A stretch of DNA of 64,000 bases from Pirellulales bacterium (GTDB lineage Bacteria > Planctomycetota > Planctomycetia > Pirellulales > Lacipirellulaceae), in assembly GCA_040902605.1 (NCBI GenBank), contig JBBDWY010000040.1, positions 274 to 64,273 on the forward strand. The letters run 5' to 3'. The notes beneath the pieces were generated by a model. The model saw only the letters and a program-made list of their open reading frames with translations. It did no database searches and was not told where the DNA came from. Each line of letters opens with the position of its first letter. The first letter of the stretch is position 1. Made by a program: the position numbers and the translations under genes. Below are positions 7,461 to 15,353 of the stretch, piece by piece.

Positions 7461-8960
7461 ATGTGCGCGGCATACATTGCGATCGACCTGGGGGCGGAAT
7501 CGGGACGCGTGATCGTCGGCGTGCTGGCCGATGGTCGGCTGCGGCTCGAAGAGGTGCATCGGTTCGTGCATGAGCCGGTGTGGCTGCCGACCGGGCTGCA
7601 TTGGGATACGACGGGCATTTGGCGCGAGATTGTCGCCGGGCTGCGACGTGCGGCCGAATGGGCGAAGGCGAGCGGCAGCGAGCTGGTTTCAGTTGGCGTC
7701 GACACCTGGGGGGTCGATTGGGCGCTGGTGGACGAAGCGGGCGAACTAGCGGGGCTGCCGCATGCTTATCGCGATCCACGCAACGCGGCCGCTTATGAGA
7801 AAGTCATCGCTAAGCTCGGCAAGGAGCGGATTTATCAGACGACCGGCATTCAGTTCATGCCGCTCAACACGCTGTATTCGCTGTACGCGCACAAGCTGGC
7901 CGATGCGCGCGGCCTGGCGAGCGCGGACCGGCTGTTGTTCATGCCGGACCTGTTTCACTTCTGGCTGAGCGGTAGTCGGACGACCGAAGCCACCATCGCC
8001 TCGACGAGCCAGATGGTGCATTGCCACACCGGCGAATGGGCGCGCGACATGTTGGGGGAACTCGGTTTGCCGACGAAATTGCTCGGCCCCATCACGCCAC
8101 CAGGGTCGGTCGTGGGCACGCTGCGGCCGAAGCTTGCGGACGAGACCGGTTTGCCGGTGGGGCTGCGCGTGGTGGCGCCGGCGGCGCACGACACGGCCAG
8201 CGCGGTGGCGGCAGTGCCGGCAGCGGAAGGCACCCAGTGGTGCTATTTATCGAGTGGCACATGGTCGTTGCTGGGCGCGGAGATCGACTCGCCGTGTGTG
8301 ACGCCGGAGGCCGAAAGTGCGTCGTTCACGAACGAAGGGGGCGTGGCGGGAACCATTCGGTTCCTGAAGAACATTGCGGGCTTGTGGCTGGTGCAAGAAT
8401 GTCGACGCGATTTGGCGCGGCGCGGGCAGGAGTTTGATTACGCAGCGCTCATGCGGCTCGCGGCGGAAGCAGCGGCGTTTCGCACCCTGGTGGATCCAGC
8501 GCACGGCCCGTTCCAGACGCCTGGCGATATGCTGCACAAGATCGACGACTTTGCCCGCTCGACCCGCCAGCCGAAGCCGGAATCGCCCGGCCAATACGTT
8601 CGCGCGTGCCTGGAAAGTTTGGCGTTGGCTTATCGTGACAAGCTGGAATTGCTGGAAAAGATTCTTCGTCGGCGGTTCGACGTTCTTCACGTGGTGGGCG
8701 GCGGCGGCAAAAACGAGCTGCTCTGTCAGATGACGGCGGACGCGACCGGTTGTCGCACGGTCGTCGGGCCTTATGAAGCGACGGCCATCGGCAATGCGTT
8801 GGTGCAAGCGATGGCCCTTGGGCATGTGCGCGACCTGGCGGAGCTGCGCGGCATCGTTGCCCGCTCATACCAGCCAATGACGTACCAGCCGGCGAGCGAC
8901 GCGGGCTGGGACGACGCCTACCACAAATTCCTGGGCGCGATAACCGTAAAACCGGCCTGA
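7461..8960 (+). CDS. rhaB: Rhamnulokinase (FGGY carbohydrate kinase family)
   Basis: The motif IAIDLGAESGRVIVG and an FGGY C-terminal block (HVVGGGGKNELLCQMTADATG) are present. The ORF opens at 7425; the likely start is 7461. Confidence 0.8.
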   Translation: MCAAYIAIDLGAESGRVIVGVLADGRLRLEEVHRFVHEPVWLPTGLHWDTTGIWREIVAGLRRAAEWAKASGSELVSVGVDTWGVDWALVDEAGELAGLPHAYRDPRNAAAYEKVIAKLGKERIYQTTGIQFMPLNTLYSLYAHKLADARGLASADRLLFMPDLFHFWLSGSRTTEATIASTSQMVHCHTGEWARDMLGELGLPTKLLGPITPPGSVVGTLRPKLADETGLPVGLRVVAPAAHDTASAVAAVPAAEGTQWCYLSSGTWSLLGAEIDSPCVTPEAESASFTNEGGVAGTIRFLKNIAGLWLVQECRRDLARRGQEFDYAALMRLAAEAAAFRTLVDPAHGPFQTPGDMLHKIDDFARSTRQPKPESPGQYVRACLESLALAYRDKLELLEKILRRRFDVLHVVGGGGKNELLCQMTADATGCRTVVGPYEATAIGNALVQAMALGHVRDLAELRGIVARSYQPMTYQPASDAGWDDAYHKFLGAITVKPA

Positions 8961-8974
8961 AAAGCAAGGTTTTC

Positions 8975-9004
8975 TTGACCGTTCGGGGAGGCAGCGGAGA
9001 TAAT
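8975..9004 (+). promoter_or_regulatory. Possible sigma70-type promoter for the xdh operon
   Basis: TTGACC (8975-8980), an 18-nt spacer and GATAAT (8999-9004) lie about 95 nt upstream of the xdhA ATG. Confidence 0.35.
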
Positions 9005-9097
9005 AGAGGCTTACGAGGCAGCCGAGCGCCCGTTGCCCGCGCCGCATCCGACGCGGCTCTCCTCTCGTGGCGTCCACGTTCGAAAAGGTCCGCGTCG

Positions 9098-10546
9098 ATG
9101 CTCGACCATCTCCTCATTTGGGTGAATGGCCGCCGCCACGAATTGCGTGGCTACGACGCTTTTTTGTCGCTGTCCGACTATTTGCGACGCACGCAGGGTC
9201 TCATAGGCACCAAGATCGTGTGCAGCGAGGGCGATTGCGGCGCGTGTACGGTTCTCATCGGCCGGCCGGCGGCCGACGGCACCGGTTTCGTGTACCGGCC
9301 CGTGGATGCGTGCATCCAGTTCATGTTCCAGCTCGAAGGAACCCATATTGTCACGGTGGAGGGATTGGGCGGCGAGACGAATCCTAGTGCTGTGCAGCAG
9401 GCGATGATCGAGTGCCACGGGTCGCAGTGCGGGTTCTGCACGCCGGGTTTCGTCGTGGCCATGACTGGCCTGTTGGAAGAACGCGACGAATTGGACGAAC
9501 CAAGCCTTCGTTGCGGCCTCATTGGCAATCTCTGCCGCTGCACGGGTTACACGCCCATCATCGAGGCAGGCACCAAGGTGACGGCCGCATCGCATCCGCG
9601 GCTGGAGAAACTGTATCCGGCCGAGGCAATGCTGTCGCAATGTCATCCGCGGCGGCATCAGCATATCGAACTGACAGCTGACTCAGACACTGGGCCGCAT
9701 ATTTGTTTCTGTCCTGCCGATTTGGATGAAGCACTTTCGTTGCTCGCCAATCACCCTCAGGCGACAATCATCGCGGGGGCGACCGACGTCGGCGTGCGAA
9801 TCAACAAGTCATCGGCGGTGCCCGCTACGATTCTCGACTTGAACCGGATCACTGAGCTGGACGGCATCGCGGTTGAAGATGACGAGCTGGTATGCGGCGC
9901 ACGGGCTAGCTGGACGGCGCTGGAGGAGATGTGCGAGCAGTTGATTCCCGAGTTTCACAAGATCATCGCGCTGTTCGGTGCGCCGCAGATTCGGCATGTG
10001 GGTACGATTGGGGGAAACATCGCGAACGCCTCGCCGATCGCCGATTCGTTGCCGTTTTTATACGTGATGGACGCGGTATTGGAATTGCGCAGCATGGACG
10101 GCACACGGAGTGTGCCTATTACAGATTTTTACAAGGGTTACAAGAAGCTCGACCTGAGACCAGGCGAGTTGATTTCGCGGGTGTGCTTGCCGTTGCCGGC
10201 GGACGATGAGCTGTTGCGGCTGTACAAGGTTTCTCGCCGGCGGGATCTGGACATCGCCACATTTACCGCGGCGATTCGGATGCGGCTCGACGGCGAAATG
10301 ATATCAGAGGCGGCAATTGCGTTCGGGGCGGTTGGACCGACCGTGATTCGCGCGCGCAGCACAGAGGAATTTCTCTGCGGCCGAACGCTGGACGAGGCTA
10401 CAATGCAAAGGGCGGGCGAGGTGGCCATCGCCGAAATCGCGCCGATCAGTGATGTCCGCGGCGCCGCCGATTACCGTTATCAGTTGACACGAAACATCCT
10501 GCTAAAGTTCTATCACGAAACGCAAACAATGGCGGTGCCGGCTTAA
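9098..10546 (+). CDS. xdhA: Xanthine dehydrogenase small subunit (2Fe-2S + FAD-binding)
   Basis: The two Fe-S motifs are CSEGDCGACTV and CHGSQCGFCTPG. FAD-binding block IIAGATDVGV is present. The ORF opens at 8975, but the homologous N-terminus begins at MLDHLLIWVNG (9098). Confidence 0.9.
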   Translation: MLDHLLIWVNGRRHELRGYDAFLSLSDYLRRTQGLIGTKIVCSEGDCGACTVLIGRPAADGTGFVYRPVDACIQFMFQLEGTHIVTVEGLGGETNPSAVQQAMIECHGSQCGFCTPGFVVAMTGLLEERDELDEPSLRCGLIGNLCRCTGYTPIIEAGTKVTAASHPRLEKLYPAEAMLSQCHPRRHQHIELTADSDTGPHICFCPADLDEALSLLANHPQATIIAGATDVGVRINKSSAVPATILDLNRITELDGIAVEDDELVCGARASWTALEEMCEQLIPEFHKIIALFGAPQIRHVGTIGGNIANASPIADSLPFLYVMDAVLELRSMDGTRSVPITDFYKGYKKLDLRPGELISRVCLPLPADDELLRLYKVSRRRDLDIATFTAAIRMRLDGEMISEAAIAFGAVGPTVIRARSTEEFLCGRTLDEATMQRAGEVAIAEIAPISDVRGAADYRYQLTRNILLKFYHETQTMAVPA

Positions 10547-10566
10547 TAGTCAAAGCGGAAGGATGT

Positions 10567-10638
10567 CTCACGCAAAGGCGCGAAGGCGCAAAGGAAGCTG
10601 TCTGGAATAATCTTTGCGCCTTGGCGCCTTTGCGTGAG
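10567..10638. repeat. 27-bp-arm inverted repeat (REP-like palindromic element) in the xdhA-xdhB spacer
   Basis: The left arm CTCACGCAAAGGCGCGAAGGCGCAAAG spans 10567-10593. The right arm CTTTGCGCCTTGGCGCCTTTGCGTGAG spans 10612-10638. There is one mismatch and an 18-nt loop. Confidence 0.85.
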
Positions 10639-10661
10639 ATCCGGATGGATGGGAGTGAGCA

Positions 10662-13028
10662 ATGCCGAGTGTTGGAAAACCCGTGCCGCATGATTCGGCC
10701 CTCGGCCACGTGACGGGGCAGGCGCCGTACATCGACGATGTGCGCCCGCTGGACGGTGAGCTGCACGTCGGGTTCGTCGGCAGTCCCGTGGCGGCGGGCG
10801 AATTGTTGGGCGTTGATGCCAGCGCGGCGCTGGCCGTCCCCGGCGTCGTGGGATGTTTCACGGTGGCTGACGTGCCGGGCCACAATCTGTTTGGCATCGT
10901 GGCGGCGGATGAGCCGTTTCTGGCCGACCGGGACCTCTTGTATGTCGGGCAGCCCGTGGCGCTCGTTGCGGCCGAAACGCCCGGAGCGCTGGCCAAAGCG
11001 CGCAAGGCGGTGAAGGTCGATTGCCGCGCGGCCGAGCCGCTGTTGGATTTGGCGGAATCGATCCGTCGCGAGAAGTTTCTTGGTCCGCGGCGGCGGATTG
11101 CCCGCGGCGACGTGGATGCGAATCTGGCCGCGGCGCCGTATCGGCTCAGCGGCGTGTTCACCAGCGGCGGGCAGGAACAGTTTTATCTGGAGTCGCAGGC
11201 GTCCATCGCCTATCCGGGCGAGCAGGGGCAGATGGTCGTCCACTGCTCAACGCAAAACCCCACGGAGATTCAGGCGCTCGTGGCCGAAATGCTGGGCGTC
11301 GGGCAGCACGAGGTGGTTTGCATCTGCAAGCGGATGGGCGGCGCGTTCGGCGGGAAGGAATCGCAGGCCGCCATTCCGGCGATGATGGCGGCGCTGGTGG
11401 CCCACAAAACGGGCCGCCCAGCGCGAGTGATTTACAACAAGGACGACGACATGCGCGTGACCGGCAAGCGTCACGCGTATCGCAGCGAGTGGGAGGTGGG
11501 CTTTGACGACGACGGCCGCATCCAAGCGCTCCGCGTTGCGTTTTATTCCAACGGCGGCGTATCGACGGACCTGTCGCTGGCCGTCATGGAGCGCTCGCTG
11601 CTGCACACCGATAACTGCTACCATCTGCCACACGTGGAGCTGACGGGCCAGGTGTGCTTCACGAATCTGCCGTCGAACACCGCCTTTCGAGGCTTCGGCG
11701 GTCCGCAGGCGATGGCCGTCATCGAAAACATCCTGGAATCGATCGCCCAGCGGCTTGGCTACGACGGCTTCGACGTGCGGATGCGCAACCTGTACGGCGT
11801 CGGCGAGCGGAACATTACCCCGTACGGGCAGTTGTTCGAGAAGAACCATCTACCGGAGATTTACTCAACGCTGGCAGCCCGATCGCAGTATCGCAAGCGG
11901 CGGCAAGAGGTGGCGAGTTTCAACGCCTCTTCGCGGTTGGAGGTTCGCGGGCTGGCGATGACGGGCGTGAAGTTCGGCATTTCGTTCACGACGAGTTTTT
12001 TGAATCAAGGGAACGCCTTGGTAAATCTCTACACCGACGGCACCGTGCAGGTGTCGACCGGCGCAACGGAGATGGGCCAGGGCGTGAACGTGAAGATTCG
12101 GCAGCTGGTGGCGGATGAGTTCGCGCTGGATCCGAGTCGCGTCGTGTTGATGCCTACCAGCACGGAAAAAAACAACAACACTTCGCCGACGGCGGCCTCC
12201 GCCGGCACCGATCTCAACGGCGCCGCGGCGGTGCGGGCCTGCCGGGCGATTAAGCGGCGGTTGCGGCGATTCGCGGCCGGGCGGTTGGCCGATGCTCAGC
12301 AGGGGCTCGCGCCCTCGGCACTGCACGTTCAGTTTCGCGATGGTCACCTGGTGGATAGCCGCCGGCCGACTGTGCGCATTCCCTTCGGCCAGCTATGCGC
12401 GGAAGCCCGCCGTGCTCGCGTCGACTTGGGGGCGCGCGGGTTTTATGCCACGCCGGGCGTCGATTTCAATCGCGAGACAGGCCAGGGGACGCCGTTCTTC
12501 TATTACACGCAGGGTGCCGCGGTGGCCGAAGTGCTGGTCGATCGATTCACCGGCGAGCTGCGCGTGCCGCGGGTCGACCTATTGATCGACATCGGCCGAT
12601 CGATCAATCCGGGCGTCGATCGCGGGCAGATCGTCGGCGGTTTTATTCAGGGCATGGGTTGGGTGACGGCCGAAGCACTCGTGTACGACGAACGCGGCGA
12701 TTTGCTGTCCCATTCGCCGACGACATACAAGATTCCGGCCATCACCGACGTGCCCGAAGTGTTCAACGTCGCCACGTTCGACAACAACGATAACGTGCGG
12801 AATGTGTACCGCAGCAAGGCGGTAGGTGAGCCGCCGTTGATGCTGGGTATTGCCGTCTGGGCGGCAGTGAAGAATGCGCTGTCGTACGTGGCGCCAGGCG
12901 TGCCGAGCGATTTGCAGTTGCCGGCGACTGGCGAGGAAATTTTGCGATGCTTGACGCAGTTGAGCGGCCAGCGACAGGCGACAGAACGGCCCTTGGCGTC
13001 GGCGGCCACGCCGAATTTAGCACGTTAA
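10662..13028 (+). CDS. xdhB: Xanthine dehydrogenase molybdopterin-binding large subunit
   Basis: The 788-aa protein has aldehyde oxidase/xanthine dehydrogenase blocks (CKRMGGAFGGKE, FRGFGGPQ, ATEMGQG, KAVGEPP). Confidence 0.9.
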   Translation: MPSVGKPVPHDSALGHVTGQAPYIDDVRPLDGELHVGFVGSPVAAGELLGVDASAALAVPGVVGCFTVADVPGHNLFGIVAADEPFLADRDLLYVGQPVALVAAETPGALAKARKAVKVDCRAAEPLLDLAESIRREKFLGPRRRIARGDVDANLAAAPYRLSGVFTSGGQEQFYLESQASIAYPGEQGQMVVHCSTQNPTEIQALVAEMLGVGQHEVVCICKRMGGAFGGKESQAAIPAMMAALVAHKTGRPARVIYNKDDDMRVTGKRHAYRSEWEVGFDDDGRIQALRVAFYSNGGVSTDLSLAVMERSLLHTDNCYHLPHVELTGQVCFTNLPSNTAFRGFGGPQAMAVIENILESIAQRLGYDGFDVRMRNLYGVGERNITPYGQLFEKNHLPEIYSTLAARSQYRKRRQEVASFNASSRLEVRGLAMTGVKFGISFTTSFLNQGNALVNLYTDGTVQVSTGATEMGQGVNVKIRQLVADEFALDPSRVVLMPTSTEKNNNTSPTAASAGTDLNGAAAVRACRAIKRRLRRFAAGRLADAQQGLAPSALHVQFRDGHLVDSRRPTVRIPFGQLCAEARRARVDLGARGFYATPGVDFNRETGQGTPFFYYTQGAAVAEVLVDRFTGELRVPRVDLLIDIGRSINPGVDRGQIVGGFIQGMGWVTAEALVYDERGDLLSHSPTTYKIPAITDVPEVFNVATFDNNDNVRNVYRSKAVGEPPLMLGIAVWAAVKNALSYVAPGVPSDLQLPATGEEILRCLTQLSGQRQATERPLASAATPNLAR

Positions 13029-13083
13029 TCCATCGCCCGATGAATTCGGCGTTGCCGCCGACGCTAAATAATCCCCTCTTCTC

Positions 13084-13893
13084 ATGCCCACGCCGCACGG
13101 TTTTGTCGAACGCCTGGCCGAGTTGTCAAACAGCGGCGTGCCGTTTGTCTGCGTGACGATGGTCCAGGCGGTGGGCAGCACGCCGCAGGACGCAGGGAGC
13201 AAGATGCTTGTGAATGCTGAGGGGCTCGTAACCGGCACAGTCGGCGGTGGCCGGGTGGAACATAAAGCGCTGGAGCACGCGCGGCAAATGCTCGCGCAGC
13301 CGGCGAATCAGGCGCGGCTCACGGAACTCGTCGAATGGAATCTCAAGCGCGACGTGGGCATGACCTGCGGCGGCACGGTCAAGCTGTTCTTTGAAACCTA
13401 CAACCACAGCGATTGGCGCGTCGTCGTGTTCGGCGCAGGGCATGTGGCCAGTGCGGTGGTGGAGTGCCTCGGCCAGCTTGACTGCCACGTCACGTGCATC
13501 GACCCGCGGCCGGAATGGCTCGATCGGATCCCACCCCGGTCGCGGCTCCGAAAGATTCAATGCGACGAGCCGCGCAACTTGGTCGCCGAATTGCCGGCCG
13601 ACGCCTTTGTCGTATGCATGACGATGGGCCACGCCACCGATCGGCCGATCCTCGAAGAGATTTTCCGCCAAGGCCGCTCATTTCCGTTTCTCGGCGTCAT
13701 CGGCAGCAAAGCCAAGCGGGCAGTGCTGCTCAAGGAGCTGGCGGCGGCAGGTGTTCCGTCCGAGCGCGCTGACGGCTTCCACTGCCCGATTGGCCTCGAC
13801 CTTGGCACCAACCAACCCGGCGAAATTGCCATCAGTGTTGTCGCCCAACTCATCCAGGAACGCGACAGCTGGCGCGCTCGCGTCAAGGCGTAG
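13084..13893 (+). CDS. xdhC: XdhC/CoxI-family xanthine dehydrogenase accessory (Mo-cofactor insertion) protein
   Basis: It has an XdhC N-terminal region (VQAVGSTPQDAGSKMLV) and a Rossmann part (VVVFGAGHVASAV). It lies directly after xdhB. Confidence 0.85.
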   Translation: MPTPHGFVERLAELSNSGVPFVCVTMVQAVGSTPQDAGSKMLVNAEGLVTGTVGGGRVEHKALEHARQMLAQPANQARLTELVEWNLKRDVGMTCGGTVKLFFETYNHSDWRVVVFGAGHVASAVVECLGQLDCHVTCIDPRPEWLDRIPPRSRLRKIQCDEPRNLVAELPADAFVVCMTMGHATDRPILEEIFRQGRSFPFLGVIGSKAKRAVLLKELAAAGVPSERADGFHCPIGLDLGTNQPGEIAISVVAQLIQERDSWRARVKA

Positions 13894-13930
13894 CGCTGCT
13901 TACGGTTTAGCGCTAAGCCGAAGCGGCGAT

Positions 13931-15346
13931 TTAGGCCAATAGTTCCGTGATTACCGCGCCGCCGGTTTGGCTGAGCTGTTTGTAGCGGCCTTCGTGGAAG
14001 TAGGTGAGCTTGTTGTCGTTGAGACCCAGGACGTGAAGGATCGTGCAGTGAAAATCCTTCACGTGGTGGACGACCTCGACGGCCTCCGCGCCGGTTTCAT
14101 CGGTGGCGCCGACCACGTGGCCCGCGCGCACGCCGCCGCCGGCCATCCAGATGGCCATGGCCTTGGCGTTGTGATCGCGACCGGCGACGTTCTGGCCGCC
14201 GCCGCGGACGCCGTTGTCGGGCGAACGGCCGAACTCGCCGCCCCAGATGACGAGCGTCTCGTCCAGCAGGCCGCGGTCGCGCAAGTCGGTAATGAGCGCG
14301 GCGATGGGCTGGTCGATGCAACGAAAGCGGGCCGAGTGGGCGCGGGCCAGATAGTCGTGCGAGTCCCAGCCGCCCTCGAAAACCTGCACGAAGCGCACGC
14401 CGGATTCCACTAGCTTGCGCGCGAGTAAGCAGCGGCGGCCGAAGCTGTCGGTCTCCGGTTGGCCGATGCCGTACATCGCCAGGGTCCGCGCGTCCTCGCG
14501 GTTGAGATCCACGACATCAGGCACTTCCGTTTGCATGTGAAAGGCCAGTTCATAAGCCTCCATGCGGGCCGCGAGGTCGGCATGGTGCGGGTGGCGTTGC
14601 CGGTCAGCCTCGTTCAGCGTAGCCAACATATCGAGGTTTGCGCGCTGGACTTCGCGCGACACGTGGGCCGGTGGATTGAGATCGAGGATCGGCGAGCCGC
14701 CGGGTCGCAGCGGCGTTCCCTGGTAGTAAGCGGGCAGAAAACCGTTCGACCAGTTTGCGGCGCCGCCTTGGGGAAATGCGCCTTCGGGCAGCACGACGAA
14801 CGCGGGCAGATTTTGATTCAACGTTCCGAGGCCGTAAGTGCTCCATGCCCCGATGGCCGGGTCGCCGCCGAAACGCTTGCCGGTGTTCATCTGGTAGCAG
14901 GCCGTGGGATGGTCGACCGAATCGACCTGGCAGCCCTTGTAGACGCACAGGTGATCGGCGACATCGGCCAGATGCTCAAAATTCTCGCACATCCACATGC
15001 CCGACTTGCCTACCTGGCGAAATCGAAATGGGCTGTTTACGTAATAGCGTTTGCCGCCGCTCATGGCCGATTGGAATTTGTTGTCGCGGCGGAATTCTTT
15101 CATGTGGAGTTCGGCCAGCTTGGGCTTGGGATCGAAGGTGTCGATGTGGCTCGGGCCGCCTTCCATGAACAGGTAGATGCACGACCTGGCTTTCGCAGCG
15201 TGGTGCTGAGGCTTGGGCGACAATGGGCCGGCGGCCGGGGCGGTGGCTTCTTCCGCCTGCAGCAGCGCGTTGAAGGCCACAGTGCCCAGCGTGGCGCCGA
15301 GGCTGTAGAGAAAATCGCGTCGCGGCAGGTGAAAAGGTTCGGTCAT
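13931..15346 (-). CDS. DUF1501 domain protein with a twin-arginine signal
   Basis: A Tat-like PRRDFLYSLGATLG motif and DUF1501 blocks (RFVQVF, WDSH, GEFGRSP) are present. Its start lies 7 nt downstream of the stop of 15354-18149. Confidence 0.9.
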   Translation of the reverse strand: MTEPFHLPRRDFLYSLGATLGTVAFNALLQAEEATAPAAGPLSPKPQHHAAKARSCIYLFMEGGPSHIDTFDPKPKLAELHMKEFRRDNKFQSAMSGGKRYYVNSPFRFRQVGKSGMWMCENFEHLADVADHLCVYKGCQVDSVDHPTACYQMNTGKRFGGDPAIGAWSTYGLGTLNQNLPAFVVLPEGAFPQGGAANWSNGFLPAYYQGTPLRPGGSPILDLNPPAHVSREVQRANLDMLATLNEADRQRHPHHADLAARMEAYELAFHMQTEVPDVVDLNREDARTLAMYGIGQPETDSFGRRCLLARKLVESGVRFVQVFEGGWDSHDYLARAHSARFRCIDQPIAALITDLRDRGLLDETLVIWGGEFGRSPDNGVRGGGQNVAGRDHNAKAMAIWMAGGGVRAGHVVGATDETGAEAVEVVHHVKDFHCTILHVLGLNDNKLTYFHEGRYKQLSQTGGAVITELLA

Positions 15347-15353
15347 GTTCGGC

